A DNA stretch of 64,000 nucleotides from Escherichia coli. GTDB lineage: Bacteria > Pseudomonadota > Gammaproteobacteria > Enterobacterales > Enterobacteriaceae. The position numbers and the translations under genes were made by a program. The stretch lies in the NCBI RefSeq assembly GCF_001677475.2, contig NZ_CP015229.1; one strand, given 5' to 3'. The number at the start of each line of letters is the position of its first letter. Positions within the stretch are counted from its first letter, which is position 1. A model generated the notes under the pieces. That model was given only the letters and a program-made list of their open reading frames with translations. It made no database searches and was not told the origin of the DNA. Positions 23,716 to 37,991 of the stretch are shown here, piece by piece.

Positions 23716-24144
23716 TTAGTGCCACCACATCATGCCCTGAACGGTCGCTGCTGCAACTGCAACATAGCGTAACGCTTTACCAAGGCACAAAAAAAAGATT
23801 ACCGGCCCCCAGGAGATGCGCATCCATCCCGCTAACAGACACAGTAAATCGCCAACTACGGGCATCCAGCTTAATAATAGCGTGACTGCACCATAGCGTT
23901 TCAGCCAGCCAGTAGCTTTCTCTTGCCAGCGCGATGTTTTACGCAATGGAAAGAAACGCCCAAGGATAACGTTAGTTAACCCTCCAAGGCTATTACCCAT
24001 TGTTGCTGTTAAAACTAAAACCCAGGGATGACTGATCCCGGAAAGCAACATTGCCACCAGCACGACTTCGGAGTTGCCGGGTAATAGTGTAGCGCTGAGA
24101 AAACTACTGGCAAACAACGAGAAAAGCGATAACGCTTCACTCAC
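23716..24144 (-). CDS. yqaA: DedA/SNARE-associated family inner-membrane protein YqaA
   Basis: 142-aa hydrophobic ORF; synteny. Confidence 0.85.
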   Translation of the reverse strand: MSEALSLFSLFASSFLSATLLPGNSEVVLVAMLLSGISHPWVLVLTATMGNSLGGLTNVILGRFFPLRKTSRWQEKATGWLKRYGAVTLLLSWMPVVGDLLCLLAGWMRISWGPVIFFLCLGKALRYVAVAAATVQGMMWWH

Positions 24145-24707
24145 AGCAAGCGAACATCCACAGCGTCCATGCCTGCTGCGCGGGCCGCCTGAATACCGAA
24201 ATCGGCATCTTCAAAGACCACACACTGTGTCGGTTGCACGCCCATACGCTGCGCGCACAACAAAAATGTGTCTGGCGCGGGTTTATGGTGTTTGACGTGA
24301 TCGGCAGCGACGACGGCGTCAAAATAACGGCGTAATCCCAGGTGCGCCAGCAATGCCTCAGCGATGGCGCTTTCACTCCCCGTTCCTACAGCCATTGGGC
24401 GACGACCATGCCAACTTTTCACCACTTCAACAAGAGGAAGCGGCTCGACACTATCCAGCAGCATACTTCTTACTGCTTCTGTTTTTTCACGCGCTAACGC
24501 ATGCGGGTCGAGATCGGCCTGATTCAGCTCAATAATCGCCTGAGCAATACGCCAGGTGGGCGAGCCATTAAGCGCAATCATTGCCTGAACATCGTACTGA
24601 AGACCGTAGTGCCCTAATACTTCGCGCCACGCTTTACGGTGCGTAGGCTCCGTATCCAGGATTGTGCCATCCATATCAAAAATTAAACCTGCATAACGCT
24701 CGTACAT
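24141..24707 (-). CDS. yqaB: HAD-superfamily sugar phosphatase YqaB
   Basis: 188-aa ORF; HAD motif I FDMDGTILDTE. Confidence 0.88.
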   Translation of the reverse strand: MYERYAGLIFDMDGTILDTEPTHRKAWREVLGHYGLQYDVQAMIALNGSPTWRIAQAIIELNQADLDPHALAREKTEAVRSMLLDSVEPLPLVEVVKSWHGRRPMAVGTGSESAIAEALLAHLGLRRYFDAVVAADHVKHHKPAPDTFLLCAQRMGVQPTQCVVFEDADFGIQAARAAGMDAVDVRLL

Positions 24708-24917
24708 GGTCTTCTCGCAAGTCGAAAAATATGACGCTACTTTAGCGTAATTGCTTGATTTTGTCGCTGATGGCGAAGGAGAAGAAAATTCAGGAAATAG
24801 ATAAAGTAGTTATTTAGAAATGAGATATTTTTGAAGGAAATTTGTGGGAGAAGATGGTGCCTGCGGTTAGTACTGCTACCTCTTCGATACCTTCATTGCT
24901 GAAGATTACGGAGAATA

Positions 24918-24994
24918 TGGTGCATCCGGGAGGATTCGAACCTCCGACCGCTCGGTTCGTAGCCGAGTACTCTATCCAGCTGAGCTACGGATGC
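24918..24994 (-). tRNA. argQ: tRNA-Arg (ACG), copy 1
   Basis: Reverse complement gives a 77-nt tRNA ending in CCA with recognised tRNA-Arg sequence; symbol assigned by position. Confidence 0.9.
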
Positions 24995-25096
24995 ATCGGG
25001 AAAACTTATTTTACTGCTGATATTGATACCGCTACTAAAGCCATATCAAATAAGAAAATCCATCTTAACCATCATCACTGATGATTACGGAGAATA

Positions 25097-25173
25097 TGGT
25101 GCATCCGGGAGGATTCGAACCTCCGACCGCTCGGTTCGTAGCCGAGTACTCTATCCAGCTGAGCTACGGATGC
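25097..25173 (-). tRNA. argZ: tRNA-Arg (ACG), copy 2
   Basis: Identical 77-nt repeat. Confidence 0.9.
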
Positions 25174-25235
25174 ATCGGGAAATTTATTTTACTGCTGATA
25201 TTGATACCGCTACTAAAGCCATATCAAGTAAGAGA

Positions 25236-25312
25236 TGGTGCATCCGGGAGGATTCGAACCTCCGACCGCTCGGTTCGTAGCCGAGTACTCTATCCAGCTG
25301 AGCTACGGATGC
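25236..25312 (-). tRNA. argY: tRNA-Arg (ACG), copy 3
   Basis: Identical 77-nt repeat. Confidence 0.9.
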
Positions 25313-25374
25313 ATCGGGAAACTTACTTTACTGCAGATTTTTTGATACCGCTACTAAAGCCGTATCAAGTAAGA

Positions 25375-25395
25375 GATGGTGCATCCGGGAGGATT
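25375..25395 (-). pseudogene. Truncated tRNA-Arg fragment (3'-terminal ~21 nt only)
   Basis: gatggtgcatccgggaggatt matches the 3' end of the tRNA-Arg repeat, then diverges into spacer-like sequence. Confidence 0.6.
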
Positions 25396-25511
25396 ACTCG
25401 CCTTGCGGCTCGCCCTTCGGGCCGTTGCTAAAGCAACGTTATCCTTCCTGGTGCTTGCGGCTAGTACCGCCACCTCTTCCACATCTTCATCGCTGAAGAT
25501 TACGGATAATA

Positions 25512-25588
25512 TGGTGCATCCGGGAGGATTCGAACCTCCGACCGCTCGGTTCGTAGCCGAGTACTCTATCCAGCTGAGCTACGGATGC
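25512..25588 (-). tRNA. argV: tRNA-Arg (ACG), copy 4
   Basis: Identical 77-nt repeat. Confidence 0.9.
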
Positions 25589-25591
25589 AAA

Positions 25592-25684
25592 TGGCGGTGA
25601 GGCGGGGATTCGAACCCCGGATGCAGCTTTTGACCGCATACTCCCTTAGCAGGGGAGCGCCTTCAGCCTCTCGGCCACCTCACC
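25592..25684 (-). tRNA. serV: tRNA-Ser (GCU)
   Basis: 93-nt long-variable-arm tRNA; reverse complement matches the tRNA-Ser(GCU) sequence as recalled. Confidence 0.88.
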
Positions 25685-25998
25685 ACACGCCTCTTACGAG
25701 TGCTTCGAAGAACTTGTTTATCGCTCATCGTCGCTGCGTGGCGCACATATTACTTTCTGAGACTTATAAGTCAAACAATTTTTCCCACACTTTTATCGTT
25801 TGCACACTTCACGCTCAATTAGTCTGTAAAAACGTCAAAAAGAGTGTTTTATCAACAGAAAAACGGAGGTCTGTCAGATAGCAGTAATGCAAAAAAATGG
25901 AGACTTAAGTTGAATGAACGGGAGTAAAGCGAAAAGACAATGGAGTGAAGAAGAAATTTGAGGGTGCGTCTCACCGATAAAGATGAGACGCGGAAAGA

Positions 25999-26184
25999 TT
26001 AGTAACTGGACTGCTGGGATTTTTCAGCCTGGATACGCTGGTAGATCTCTTCACGGTGAACAGAAACTTCCTTCGGGGCATTTACGCCAATACGTACCTG
26101 GTTGCCCTTTACCCCTAAAACTGTCACGGTGACCTCATCCCCAATCATGAGGGTCTCACCAACTCGACGAGTCAGAATCAGCAT
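25999..26184 (-). CDS. csrA: Carbon storage regulator CsrA
   Basis: 61-aa [64 protein letters not shown] recognised in full. Confidence 0.97.
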
Positions 26185-26418
26185 TCTTTGCTCCTTGAAA
26201 GATTAAAAGAGTCGGGTCTCTCTGTATCCCGGCATTATCCATCATATAACGCCAAAAAGTAAGCAATGACAAACACATTACATGTAAGCAGTCATGGCAT
26301 TACATTCTGTTAAACCTAAGTTTAGCCGATATACACAACTTCAACCTGACTTTATCGTTGTCGATAGCGTTAATGCGAATGCCGTGAAGCGAGTCCACGG
26401 CATTGCCTGACGCTTATA

Positions 26419-29049
26419 TTATTGCAATTTCGCGCTGACCCAGCCTTTCACACTGGCTAACGCTGCAGGTAAGGCCGCAGCATCCGTACCACCGGCTTGC
26501 GCCATGTCAGGACGTCCACCACCCTTGCCGCCCACCTGCTGAGCGACCACACCAATCAGTTCCCCTGCTTTCACACGATCTGTGACGTCCTTAGATACGC
26601 CTGCAATCAGAGAAACCTTACCTTCGACTACCGTTGCCAGCACGATAATTGTCGACCCCAGCTGATTTTTTAAATCGTCAACCATGGTACGCAACATTTT
26701 CGGCTCAACACCGCTAAGCTCGCTAACCAACAGCTTAACACCATTAACATCAATTGCCTTACTGGAAAGATTTGCGCTCTCCTGTGCGGCAGCTTGTTCT
26801 TTAAGCTGTTGTAACTCTTTTTCCAGCTGACGCGTACGTTCCAGTACTGAGCGCACTTTATCAGCCAGATTATTGCTATCGCCTTTCAGCAGATGCGCGA
26901 CTTCGCTTAAGCGATCGCTGTCTGCATGAACGGTCGCGATAGCGCCTTCTCCGGTTACCGCTTCGATACGACGAACGCCTGCAGCAGTACCCGATTCAGA
27001 GATGATGCGGAACAGACCAATATCACCAGTGCGACTGGCGTGAGTACCGCCACACAGCTCGGTGGAGAAATCGCCCATGCTCAGCACGCGTACGCGCTCA
27101 TCATACTTCTCACCAAACAGCGCCATCGCACCTTTCGCTTTCGCCGCTTCGAGATCCATGATGTTGGTTTCGATCGGCAAGTTACGGCGAATCTGTGCGT
27201 TCACCAGGTCTTCGACCGCACGAATCTCTTCTGGTTTCATCGCTTCGTTGTGTGAGAAGTCGAAGCGCAGCACTTTGTCGTTAACCAGTGAACCTTTCTG
27301 CGATACATGAGTACCCAGAACCTGGCGCAGCGCAGCGTGCATCAGGTGCGTTGCGGAGTGATTCAGACGAATACGGGCGCGAAGAGCCTCATCAACATCA
27401 GCCTGCACCGCGTCGCCCACTTTCAGAGAACCCGCAGCAAGTTTACCGATGTGACCAATCGCCTGGCCGTATTTCTGCGTATCTTCCACCGCAAAGGAGA
27501 AGTTAGCGCCTTTCAGTTCGCCTTTATCACCAACCTGACCGCCGGATTCCGCATAGAATGGCGTTTGATCCAGCACGACCACAGCTTCCTGGCCTGCATT
27601 GATGGCATCAACCGCTTTACCATCAACAAACAGCGCGGTCACTTTGCCGTTCAGTTCCAGATGGTCATAGCCTTTAAATTCAGATGCGCTGTCAACACGG
27701 ATCATTGCGTTGTAATCGGCACCAAAGCCGCTGGCTTCGCGCGCGCGACGACGCTGCTCTTCCATTGCTGCTTCGAAACCAGCTTCGTCAACTTTGATGT
27801 TGCGCTCACGACAAACATCAGCCGTCAGGTCAACCGGGAAGCCATAGGTGTCGTACAGACGGAAAGCCGTTTCACCATCCAGCGTATCACCAGAAAGTTT
27901 TGCCAGCTCTTCATCCAGCAGCGCCAGACCGCGCTCCAGAGTACGGGCAAACTGCTCTTCTTCAGTCTTCAGCACCTGCTCAACCTGCGCCTGCTGGCGT
28001 TTCAGGTCTTCACCCGCAGAGCCCATTACGTCGATCAGCGGACCAACCAGTTTGTAGAAGAAGGTTTCTTTCGCGCCCAGCATATTGCCGTGACGCACTG
28101 CGCGACGAATGATACGACGCAGTACATAACCACGGTTTTCATTGGACGGCATTACGCCATCCGCGATCAGGAACGCACAAGAACGAATGTGGTCAGCGAT
28201 TACGCGCAGCGATTTATTGCTCAGATCGGTCGCGCCAGTGACTTTCGCTACCGCCTGGATCAGCGTGCGGAACAGGTCGATGTCATAGTTAGAGTTAACG
28301 TGTTGCAGCACCGCAGCAATACGCTCCAGACCCATACCGGTATCTACAGACGGCTTCGGCAGCGGTTCCATCGTGCCATCTGCCTGGCGGTTGAACTGCA
28401 TGAAGACGATGTTCCAGATCTCAATGTAGCGATCGCCGTCTTCTTCCGGACTTCCCGGAGGGCCACCCCAAATGTGGTCGCCGTGATCGTAGAAGATTTC
28501 GGTGCACGGGCCGCACGGACCAGTGTCACCCATCTGCCAGAAGTTGTCAGATGCGTATGGCGCACCTTTGTTATCGCCGATGCGAATAATACGTTCGCGC
28601 GGGATCCCTACTTCTTTTTCCCAGATTTCGTAGGCTTCGTCGTCGCTTTCATAGACGGTAACCCACAGACGCTCTTTCGGCAGGGCAAACCATTTTTCAC
28701 TGGTCAGCAGTTCCCATGCAAACTGAATGGCATCGTGTTTGAAATAGTCGCCGAAGCTGAAGTTGCCCAGCATTTCGAAGAAGGTATGGTGACGCGCGGT
28801 GTAACCGACGTTTTCCAGGTCGTTGTGTTTACCACCCGCACGCACGCAGCGTTGGGAAGTGGTAGCGCGGGAATAATTACGCTTGTCGAGCCCAAGGAAC
28901 ACATCCTTGAACTGGTTCATCCCGGCGTTGGTAAACAACAAAGTTGGGTCGTTATGGGGTACCAGGGAGCTGCTGGCAACTACCTGATGTCCCTTACTAT
29001 GGAAAAAGTCGAGAAACGCCTGACGGATCTCAGCGGTGCTCTTGCTCAT
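26419..29049 (-). CDS. alaS: Alanine--tRNA ligase AlaS
   Basis: 876-aa ORF; recognised N-terminus [24 protein letters not shown]. Confidence 0.95.
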   Translation of the reverse strand: MSKSTAEIRQAFLDFFHSKGHQVVASSSLVPHNDPTLLFTNAGMNQFKDVFLGLDKRNYSRATTSQRCVRAGGKHNDLENVGYTARHHTFFEMLGNFSFGDYFKHDAIQFAWELLTSEKWFALPKERLWVTVYESDDEAYEIWEKEVGIPRERIIRIGDNKGAPYASDNFWQMGDTGPCGPCTEIFYDHGDHIWGGPPGSPEEDGDRYIEIWNIVFMQFNRQADGTMEPLPKPSVDTGMGLERIAAVLQHVNSNYDIDLFRTLIQAVAKVTGATDLSNKSLRVIADHIRSCAFLIADGVMPSNENRGYVLRRIIRRAVRHGNMLGAKETFFYKLVGPLIDVMGSAGEDLKRQQAQVEQVLKTEEEQFARTLERGLALLDEELAKLSGDTLDGETAFRLYDTYGFPVDLTADVCRERNIKVDEAGFEAAMEEQRRRAREASGFGADYNAMIRVDSASEFKGYDHLELNGKVTALFVDGKAVDAINAGQEAVVVLDQTPFYAESGGQVGDKGELKGANFSFAVEDTQKYGQAIGHIGKLAAGSLKVGDAVQADVDEALRARIRLNHSATHLMHAALRQVLGTHVSQKGSLVNDKVLRFDFSHNEAMKPEEIRAVEDLVNAQIRRNLPIETNIMDLEAAKAKGAMALFGEKYDERVRVLSMGDFSTELCGGTHASRTGDIGLFRIISESGTAAGVRRIEAVTGEGAIATVHADSDRLSEVAHLLKGDSNNLADKVRSVLERTRQLEKELQQLKEQAAAQESANLSSKAIDVNGVKLLVSELSGVEPKMLRTMVDDLKNQLGSTIIVLATVVEGKVSLIAGVSKDVTDRVKAGELIGVVAQQVGGKGGGRPDMAQAGGTDAAALPAALASVKGWVSAKLQ

Positions 29050-29176
29050 AATTATCCTGAAATCAAGCTAACGAAATATCGCCACCAGCTCCAGCGTGTC
29101 TTAACCGCCGGGCTGGTAACTGAAAAGTGGGAATAAGATAAGTTTTCTTGACTGGGAAGTAAAATACCGTATGCGT

Positions 29177-29677
29177 TCAGTCGGCAAAATTTCGCCAAAT
29201 ATCCTGGATATCTTCCATCAGATAGCCACGATAGAGCAGAAAACGCTGGATCTTAACTTTTTCTGAAAAGACAGTTGGCAAAGGTTCACCATATTTTCGC
29301 GTCGCCTGATCGCGCGCCAGTGCGCACCAGTCGATGTCACATTCACGCATCGCTTTTTCTGTCGCTTCGCGGGAAATACCTTTCTGATTCAGTTCCTGAC
29401 GAATACGCGCAGGTCCATAACCTTTGCGGCTACGGCTGGCGATAAAGCGCGCAACAAATCGGCTGTCATCAAGATAGCCATGTTCATGGCACCAGGCAAT
29501 AACGCGCTCGTAATCTTCTGCCGTGGCATCAATCTCTTCCGGGCCATTTTTGCCCATAATCGGTGCCGCGAGTTTACGTCGCAGTTCTTGCTCACTGTGA
29601 TCGCGCACCGCCAGAATGCGTACCGCACGATCCAACAGGCGAGCATATGCCGGGCGACGGGACGTTGATTCTGTCAT
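29177..29677 (-). CDS. recX: RecA inhibitor RecX
   Basis: 166-aa ORF downstream of recA on the same strand; recognised RecX sequence. Confidence 0.9.
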   Translation of the reverse strand: MTESTSRRPAYARLLDRAVRILAVRDHSEQELRRKLAAPIMGKNGPEEIDATAEDYERVIAWCHEHGYLDDSRFVARFIASRSRKGYGPARIRQELNQKGISREATEKAMRECDIDWCALARDQATRKYGEPLPTVFSEKVKIQRFLLYRGYLMEDIQDIWRNFAD

Positions 29678-29837
29678 GGCATATCCTTACAACTTAAAAA
29701 AGCAAAAGGGTCGCAGATGCGACCCAGGTTTTGCTGATAAACAGATTTAATAGTCAATGAGTGTGCAGAATGTTCCCGCAGGCCCAATTCGTTAGAAGAT
29801 CGAGGTGAGAGTAATTTTTCACGCCAGTGCTGACCTG

Positions 29838-29879
29838 TTCCCCTCACCCTCACCCTCTCCCCAAAGGGGCGAGGGGACC
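29838..29879. repeat. GC-rich imperfect palindromic element in the recA-recX spacer
   Basis: ttcccctcaccctcaccctctccccaaaggggcgaggggacc. Confidence 0.5.
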
Positions 29880-29919
29880 GTCCGTGCACACATTATCTAT
29901 TATCATCAATAACGAACGA

Positions 29920-31060
<1,141 letters not shown>

Positions 31061-31558
31061 TCAAGTGTTTTGTAGAAATTGTTGCCACAAGGTCTGCAAT
31101 GCATACGCAGTAGCCCGACGACGCACCGCATCACGGTCACCGCTGAAGCATTCCCGCCGGATAATGCCTTCACCGCGGGCAGTGGCAAAAGCAAACCAGA
31201 CGGTGCCGACAGGCTTCTCTTCACTGCCGCCATCCGGCCCGGCGATACCACTAATAGACACGGCATAATCAGCACGAGCCGCTTTCAGTGCGCCTATCGC
31301 CATTTCCACCACGACGGGTTCGCTCACCGCGCCATGCTGCGCCAGCGTCTCTTCGCGTACGCCGATCATTTGCGCTTTCGCTTCGTTACTGTAGGTGACA
31401 AATCCGCGTTCAAACCAGGCGGAACTGCCGGCAATATCGGTAATCACTTTCGCTACCCAACCACCGGTACAAGACTCAGCAGTTGTTACGGTTGCGCCAC
31501 GGGCTTTCAGCGCCTGCCCAACCTGTTCGCTTAACTGCATCAGTTCACTGTCAGTCAT
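31061..31558 (-). CDS. pncC: NMN amidohydrolase PncC (YgaD)
   Basis: CinA-C-domain-like ORF (31061..31561 in the track) directly upstream of recA. Confidence 0.85.
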   Translation of the reverse strand: MTDSELMQLSEQVGQALKARGATVTTAESCTGGWVAKVITDIAGSSAWFERGFVTYSNEAKAQMIGVREETLAQHGAVSEPVVVEMAIGALKAARADYAVSISGIAGPDGGSEEKPVGTVWFAFATARGEGIIRRECFSGDRDAVRRRATAYALQTLWQQFLQNT

Positions 31559-31702
31559 CACAACCTCTGTCAGTCAAAAATTTATGCCGGACAAGATAGC
31601 ACTTTCGTCAGGAAGATGGTGTTGGCGTTGCAATTTTACGAGGAGGATTCAGAAAAAAGCTGATTAGCCAGAGGGAAGCTCACGCCCCCCTCTTGCAAAT
31701 AG

Positions 31703-32788
31703 TTACTGCACGCGCGCCAGCGCCACGGCTTGTCCTAACTGCCAGACCGCCATTGCGTAATGGGTGCTGTGGTTATAACGGGTAATGGTGTAGAAGTTCG
31801 GCAGACCGTACCAGTACTGGTAACCTGTTCCAACATCCAGACGCAGCAGGCTGGCTTGTTGATGGTTGCCTAGCGGCTGCTGTGGCGTTAAACCTGCCGC
31901 GGCAAGCTGCGAAATGCTGTACTTGGTTTTGAAGCCATTTGGCAAGCCTGGAGCCTGACCGTTTGCCATTACCGCGACCTGATCGCCTTTCACCCAGCCG
32001 TGCGCTTTGAAATAATTCGCCACGCTACCGATCGCATCAACCGGATCCCACAGGTTGATATGCCCGTCGCCGCTGAAATCTACCGCATATTGTTTGTAAG
32101 ACGACGGCATAAACTGTCCGTAGCCCATCGCCCCGGCAAAGGAACCTTTCAGATTGAGCGGATCGTCCTGCTCGTCACGCGCCATCAGCAGGAAGGTTTC
32201 CAGCTCGCCAGAGAAATACTCCGCGCGGCGTGGGTAGTTAAATGACAGCGTTGCCAGCGCATCGAGGATGCGAGTTTTCCCCATCACGCGCCCCCAGCGG
32301 GTTTCAACGCCGATAATCCCGACGATAATTTCCGGCGGTACGCCATACACCTGCCACGCGCGATTCAACGCATCTTCATACTGATTCCAGAAAACCACAC
32401 CGTTCTGCACGTTGTCCGGCGTAATAAATTTTTTGCGATAACGCAGCCATGCGCCGTTCGGACCTGATGGCGGTTTCACCGATGTGGTTGGTGCCTGGTT
32501 ATCCATCAGCCGCAGTACCGAATCCAGACGTTTCGCCTGGGAGAGAATTTCCTGCAACTGCTGACGATCGAAACCGTGTTTGTTCACCATTTTGTCGATG
32601 AACTGCTGGGCATTCGGGTTATTGGCGAAGTCACCGCCCATCTGCATCACATTGTGCTGCGGCTCAAGCAGGAAGCCGCCAGACGGCGTTCCGGTGGTCG
32701 TATCAGTCTCAGTAGGTTTTGGCTTGCTGCTACAGGCGGCAAGCAACACAAAAAGGGGAAGCAATGTTACATAACGACGCTTGAACAT
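31703..32788 (-). CDS. mltB: Membrane-bound lytic murein transglycosylase B
   Basis: ORF 31703..32893; recognised lipoprotein start MFKRRYVTLLPLFVLLAACSS at internal Met. Confidence 0.88.
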   Translation of the reverse strand: MFKRRYVTLLPLFVLLAACSSKPKPTETDTTTGTPSGGFLLEPQHNVMQMGGDFANNPNAQQFIDKMVNKHGFDRQQLQEILSQAKRLDSVLRLMDNQAPTTSVKPPSGPNGAWLRYRKKFITPDNVQNGVVFWNQYEDALNRAWQVYGVPPEIIVGIIGVETRWGRVMGKTRILDALATLSFNYPRRAEYFSGELETFLLMARDEQDDPLNLKGSFAGAMGYGQFMPSSYKQYAVDFSGDGHINLWDPVDAIGSVANYFKAHGWVKGDQVAVMANGQAPGLPNGFKTKYSISQLAAAGLTPQQPLGNHQQASLLRLDVGTGYQYWYGLPNFYTITRYNHSTHYAMAVWQLGQAVALARVQ

Positions 32789-33025
32789 GAGGGGTCCATT
32801 TAACAGATTCAACCAGGGGCAAGTATGGTAAAGCATCCCGCCCCGCACAAGGAAGCGGTAGTCACTGCCCGATACGGACTTTACATAACTCAACTCATTC
32901 CCCTCGCTATCTTTTTATTTAAACTTTCAAATTAAAATATTTATCTTTCATTTTGCGATCAAAATAACACTTTTAAACCTTTCAATCTGATTATATTAGG
33001 TTGCCATTTGGTAATAAAACAATAA

Positions 33026-34563
<1,538 letters not shown>

Positions 34564-34573
34564 AGGCTGAAAC

Positions 34574-35728
<1,155 letters not shown>

Positions 35729-35773
35729 TCAACAGCGGAGATCCCTTAAGGATCTCCGCGAGACTAATAGAAT

Positions 35774-35803
35774 GCCTGATGCGCTACGCTTCTCAGGCCT
35801 ACA
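35774..35803. repeat. REP-type palindromic unit downstream of srlD
   Basis: gcctgatgcgctacgcttctcaggcctaca. Confidence 0.55.
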
Positions 35804-35833
35804 GGACTTCCGCCACTACATTAAGGAGAAGTT

Positions 35834-36193
35834 ATGGTATCCGCACTCATCACCGTCGCCGTTATCGCCTGGTGCGCGCAACTGGCCTTAGGCGGTTGGC
35901 AAATTTCTCGTTTTAACCGTGCCTTCGACACGCTATGTCAGCAAGGGCGGGTTGGCGTGGGCCGTTCCAGCGGGCGCTTTAAACCGCGGGTCGTGGTCGC
36001 CATCGCCCTGGACGATCAGCAACGCATCGTCGACACCTTGTTTATGAAAGGACTGACCGTCTTCGCCCGACCGCAAAAAATTCCCGCAATTACCGGTATG
36101 CATGCGGGTGATTTACAGCCCGATGTGATCTTTCCCCATGATCCACTATCACAGAATGCTCTATCATTGGCGCTTAAACTGAAACGTGGATAA
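35834..36193 (+). CDS. gutM: Glucitol operon activator GutM
   Basis: 119-aa ORF; synteny. Confidence 0.85.
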   Translation: MVSALITVAVIAWCAQLALGGWQISRFNRAFDTLCQQGRVGVGRSSGRFKPRVVVAIALDDQQRIVDTLFMKGLTVFARPQKIPAITGMHAGDLQPDVIFPHDPLSQNALSLALKLKRG

Positions 36194-36259
36194 TTTCGTT
36201 GTGAATGTTACTTGCTTGCGAAGTTATCATTTTGAAACCTAAATCAGGTAATCACGCCC

Positions 36260-37033
36260 ATGAAACCTCGTCAGCGTCAGGCCGCCATTCTGGAGTATCT
36301 GCAAAAGCAGGGTAAATGCTCGGTTGAAGAATTGGCGCAATACTTTGACACCACAGGCACAACCATTCGCAAAGATCTGGTCATTCTGGAACATGCCGGA
36401 ACCGTCATTCGTACTTATGGCGGAGTGGTGTTGAATAAAGAGGAATCCGATCCGCCTATCGATCATAAAACGCTCATCAACACCCACAAGAAAGAGCTGA
36501 TTGCAGAAGCTGCCGTTAGTTTTATTCATGATGGCGACTCAATAATTCTTGATGCTGGCAGTACCGTTTTGCAGATGGTCCCCCTGCTCTCGCGCTTTAA
36601 TAACATCACAGTGATGACCAACAGCCTGCATATCATCAATGCGCTATCCGAACTGGATAATGAACAAACTATCCTGATGCCAGGCGGAACGTTTCGTAAA
36701 AAATCGGCCTCATTTCACGGGCAGCTGGCAGAGAATGCCTTCGAACATTTCACCTTCGACAAATTGTTTATGGGCACCGACGGCATCGATCTCAATGCGG
36801 GCGTAACCACGTTCAACGAGGTTTATACCGTCAGTAAGGCAATGTGCAATGCCGCGCGCGAAGTGATTTTGATGGCGGACTCATCAAAGTTTGGCCGTAA
36901 AAGCCCCAACGTAGTTTGCAGTCTTGAAAGCGTCGATAAGCTAATTACCGACGCAGGTATCGATCCGGCGTTTCATCAGGCGCTGGAAAAGAAAGGGATC
37001 GATGTGATCATAACCGGAGAGAGCAATGAGTGA
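36260..37033 (+). CDS. srlR: DeoR-family glucitol operon repressor SrlR
   Basis: 257-aa ORF; DeoR-type N-terminal HTH. Confidence 0.88.
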   Translation: MKPRQRQAAILEYLQKQGKCSVEELAQYFDTTGTTIRKDLVILEHAGTVIRTYGGVVLNKEESDPPIDHKTLINTHKKELIAEAAVSFIHDGDSIILDAGSTVLQMVPLLSRFNNITVMTNSLHIINALSELDNEQTILMPGGTFRKKSASFHGQLAENAFEHFTFDKLFMGTDGIDLNAGVTTFNEVYTVSKAMCNAAREVILMADSSKFGRKSPNVVCSLESVDKLITDAGIDPAFHQALEKKGIDVIITGESNE

Positions 37034-37991
37034 AGCACTACTGAACGCGGGACGTCAGACGTTAATACTGGAGTTGCAGGAAGCAAGCCGTTTACCGGAA
37101 CGTCTGGGCGATGATTTTGTTCGCGCCGCCAATATCATCCTGCACTGCGAAGGCAAAGTGGTGGTTTCGGGAATTGGCAAATCGGGCCACATTGGTAAGA
37201 AAATCGCCGCAACGCTTGCCAGTACCGGCACACCGGCTTTTTTTGTCCATCCCGCAGAAGCACTGCACGGCGATCTGGGGATGATTGAAAGCCGCGATGT
37301 GATGCTGTTTATCTCTTACTCCGGTGGTGCGAAGGAACTGGATCTGATTATTCCGCGTCTGGAAGACAAATCTATCGCGCTGCTGGCGATGACCGGCAAA
37401 CCGACGTCACCGCTGGGCCTGGCGGCAAAAGCGGTGCTGGATATCTCCGTAGAACGCGAAGCCTGTCCGATGCACCTTGCGCCGACCTCCAGCACCGTCA
37501 ATACCCTGATGATGGGTGACGCGCTGGCGATGGCGGTCATGCAGGCACGCGGATTTAATGAAGAAGATTTTGCCCGCTCCCACCCAGCTGGGGCACTGGG
37601 CGCTCGCTTGCTGAATAAAGTGCATCATCTGATGCGCCGTGATGACGCTATCCCACAGGTAGCATTAACCGCTAGCGTGATGGACGCGATGCTGGAACTC
37701 AGCCGCACCGGTTTAGGTCTGGTGGCAGTGTGCGATGATCAACGACTGGTGAAAGGCGTCTTTACTGACGGCGATTTACGTCGCTGGCTGGTTGGCGGCG
37801 GCGCACTCACCACGCCAGTTAATGAAGCGATGACGACAGGCGGCACCACATTACAGGCGCAAAGTCGCGCCATCGACGCTAAAGAGATCCTGATGAAGCG
37901 CAAAATCACTGCCGCACCGGTGGTGGATGAAAACGGCAAACTCACCGGCGCAATTAACCTGCAGGATTTCTATCAGGCCGGGATTATTTAA
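37026..37991 (+). CDS. gutQ: Arabinose-5-phosphate isomerase GutQ (SIS + CBS domains)
   Basis: 321-aa ORF overlapping the srlR stop. Confidence 0.88.
   Translation: MSEALLNAGRQTLILELQEASRLPERLGDDFVRAANIILHCEGKVVVSGIGKSGHIGKKIAATLASTGTPAFFVHPAEALHGDLGMIESRDVMLFISYSGGAKELDLIIPRLEDKSIALLAMTGKPTSPLGLAAKAVLDISVEREACPMHLAPTSSTVNTLMMGDALAMAVMQARGFNEEDFARSHPAGALGARLLNKVHHLMRRDDAIPQVALTASVMDAMLELSRTGLGLVAVCDDQRLVKGVFTDGDLRRWLVGGGALTTPVNEAMTTGGTTLQAQSRAIDAKEILMKRKITAAPVVDENGKLTGAINLQDFYQAGII

Noticed and set aside
24842-25690. Regular ~140-180 bp tandem repeats that could be mistaken for a CRISPR array or satellite
   Set aside because: The repeated units are complete 77-nt tRNA-Arg genes (CCA-ended, recognised sequence) with near-identical spacers, i.e. 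a tandem tRNA operon. No cas genes and no 25-50 bp repeat/spacer alternation.
27307-29136. 609-codon plus-strand ORF
   Set aside because: Lies entirely antisense to alaS, whose product is unambiguous; low-complexity translation with no recognisable domain. Long antisense ORFs are common opposite highly expressed genes.
29674-29889. 71-codon minus-strand ORF spanning the recX start and the recA-recX spacer
   Set aside because: Overlaps the recX start codon region and the terminator hairpin; Arg/Gly-rich low-complexity translation.
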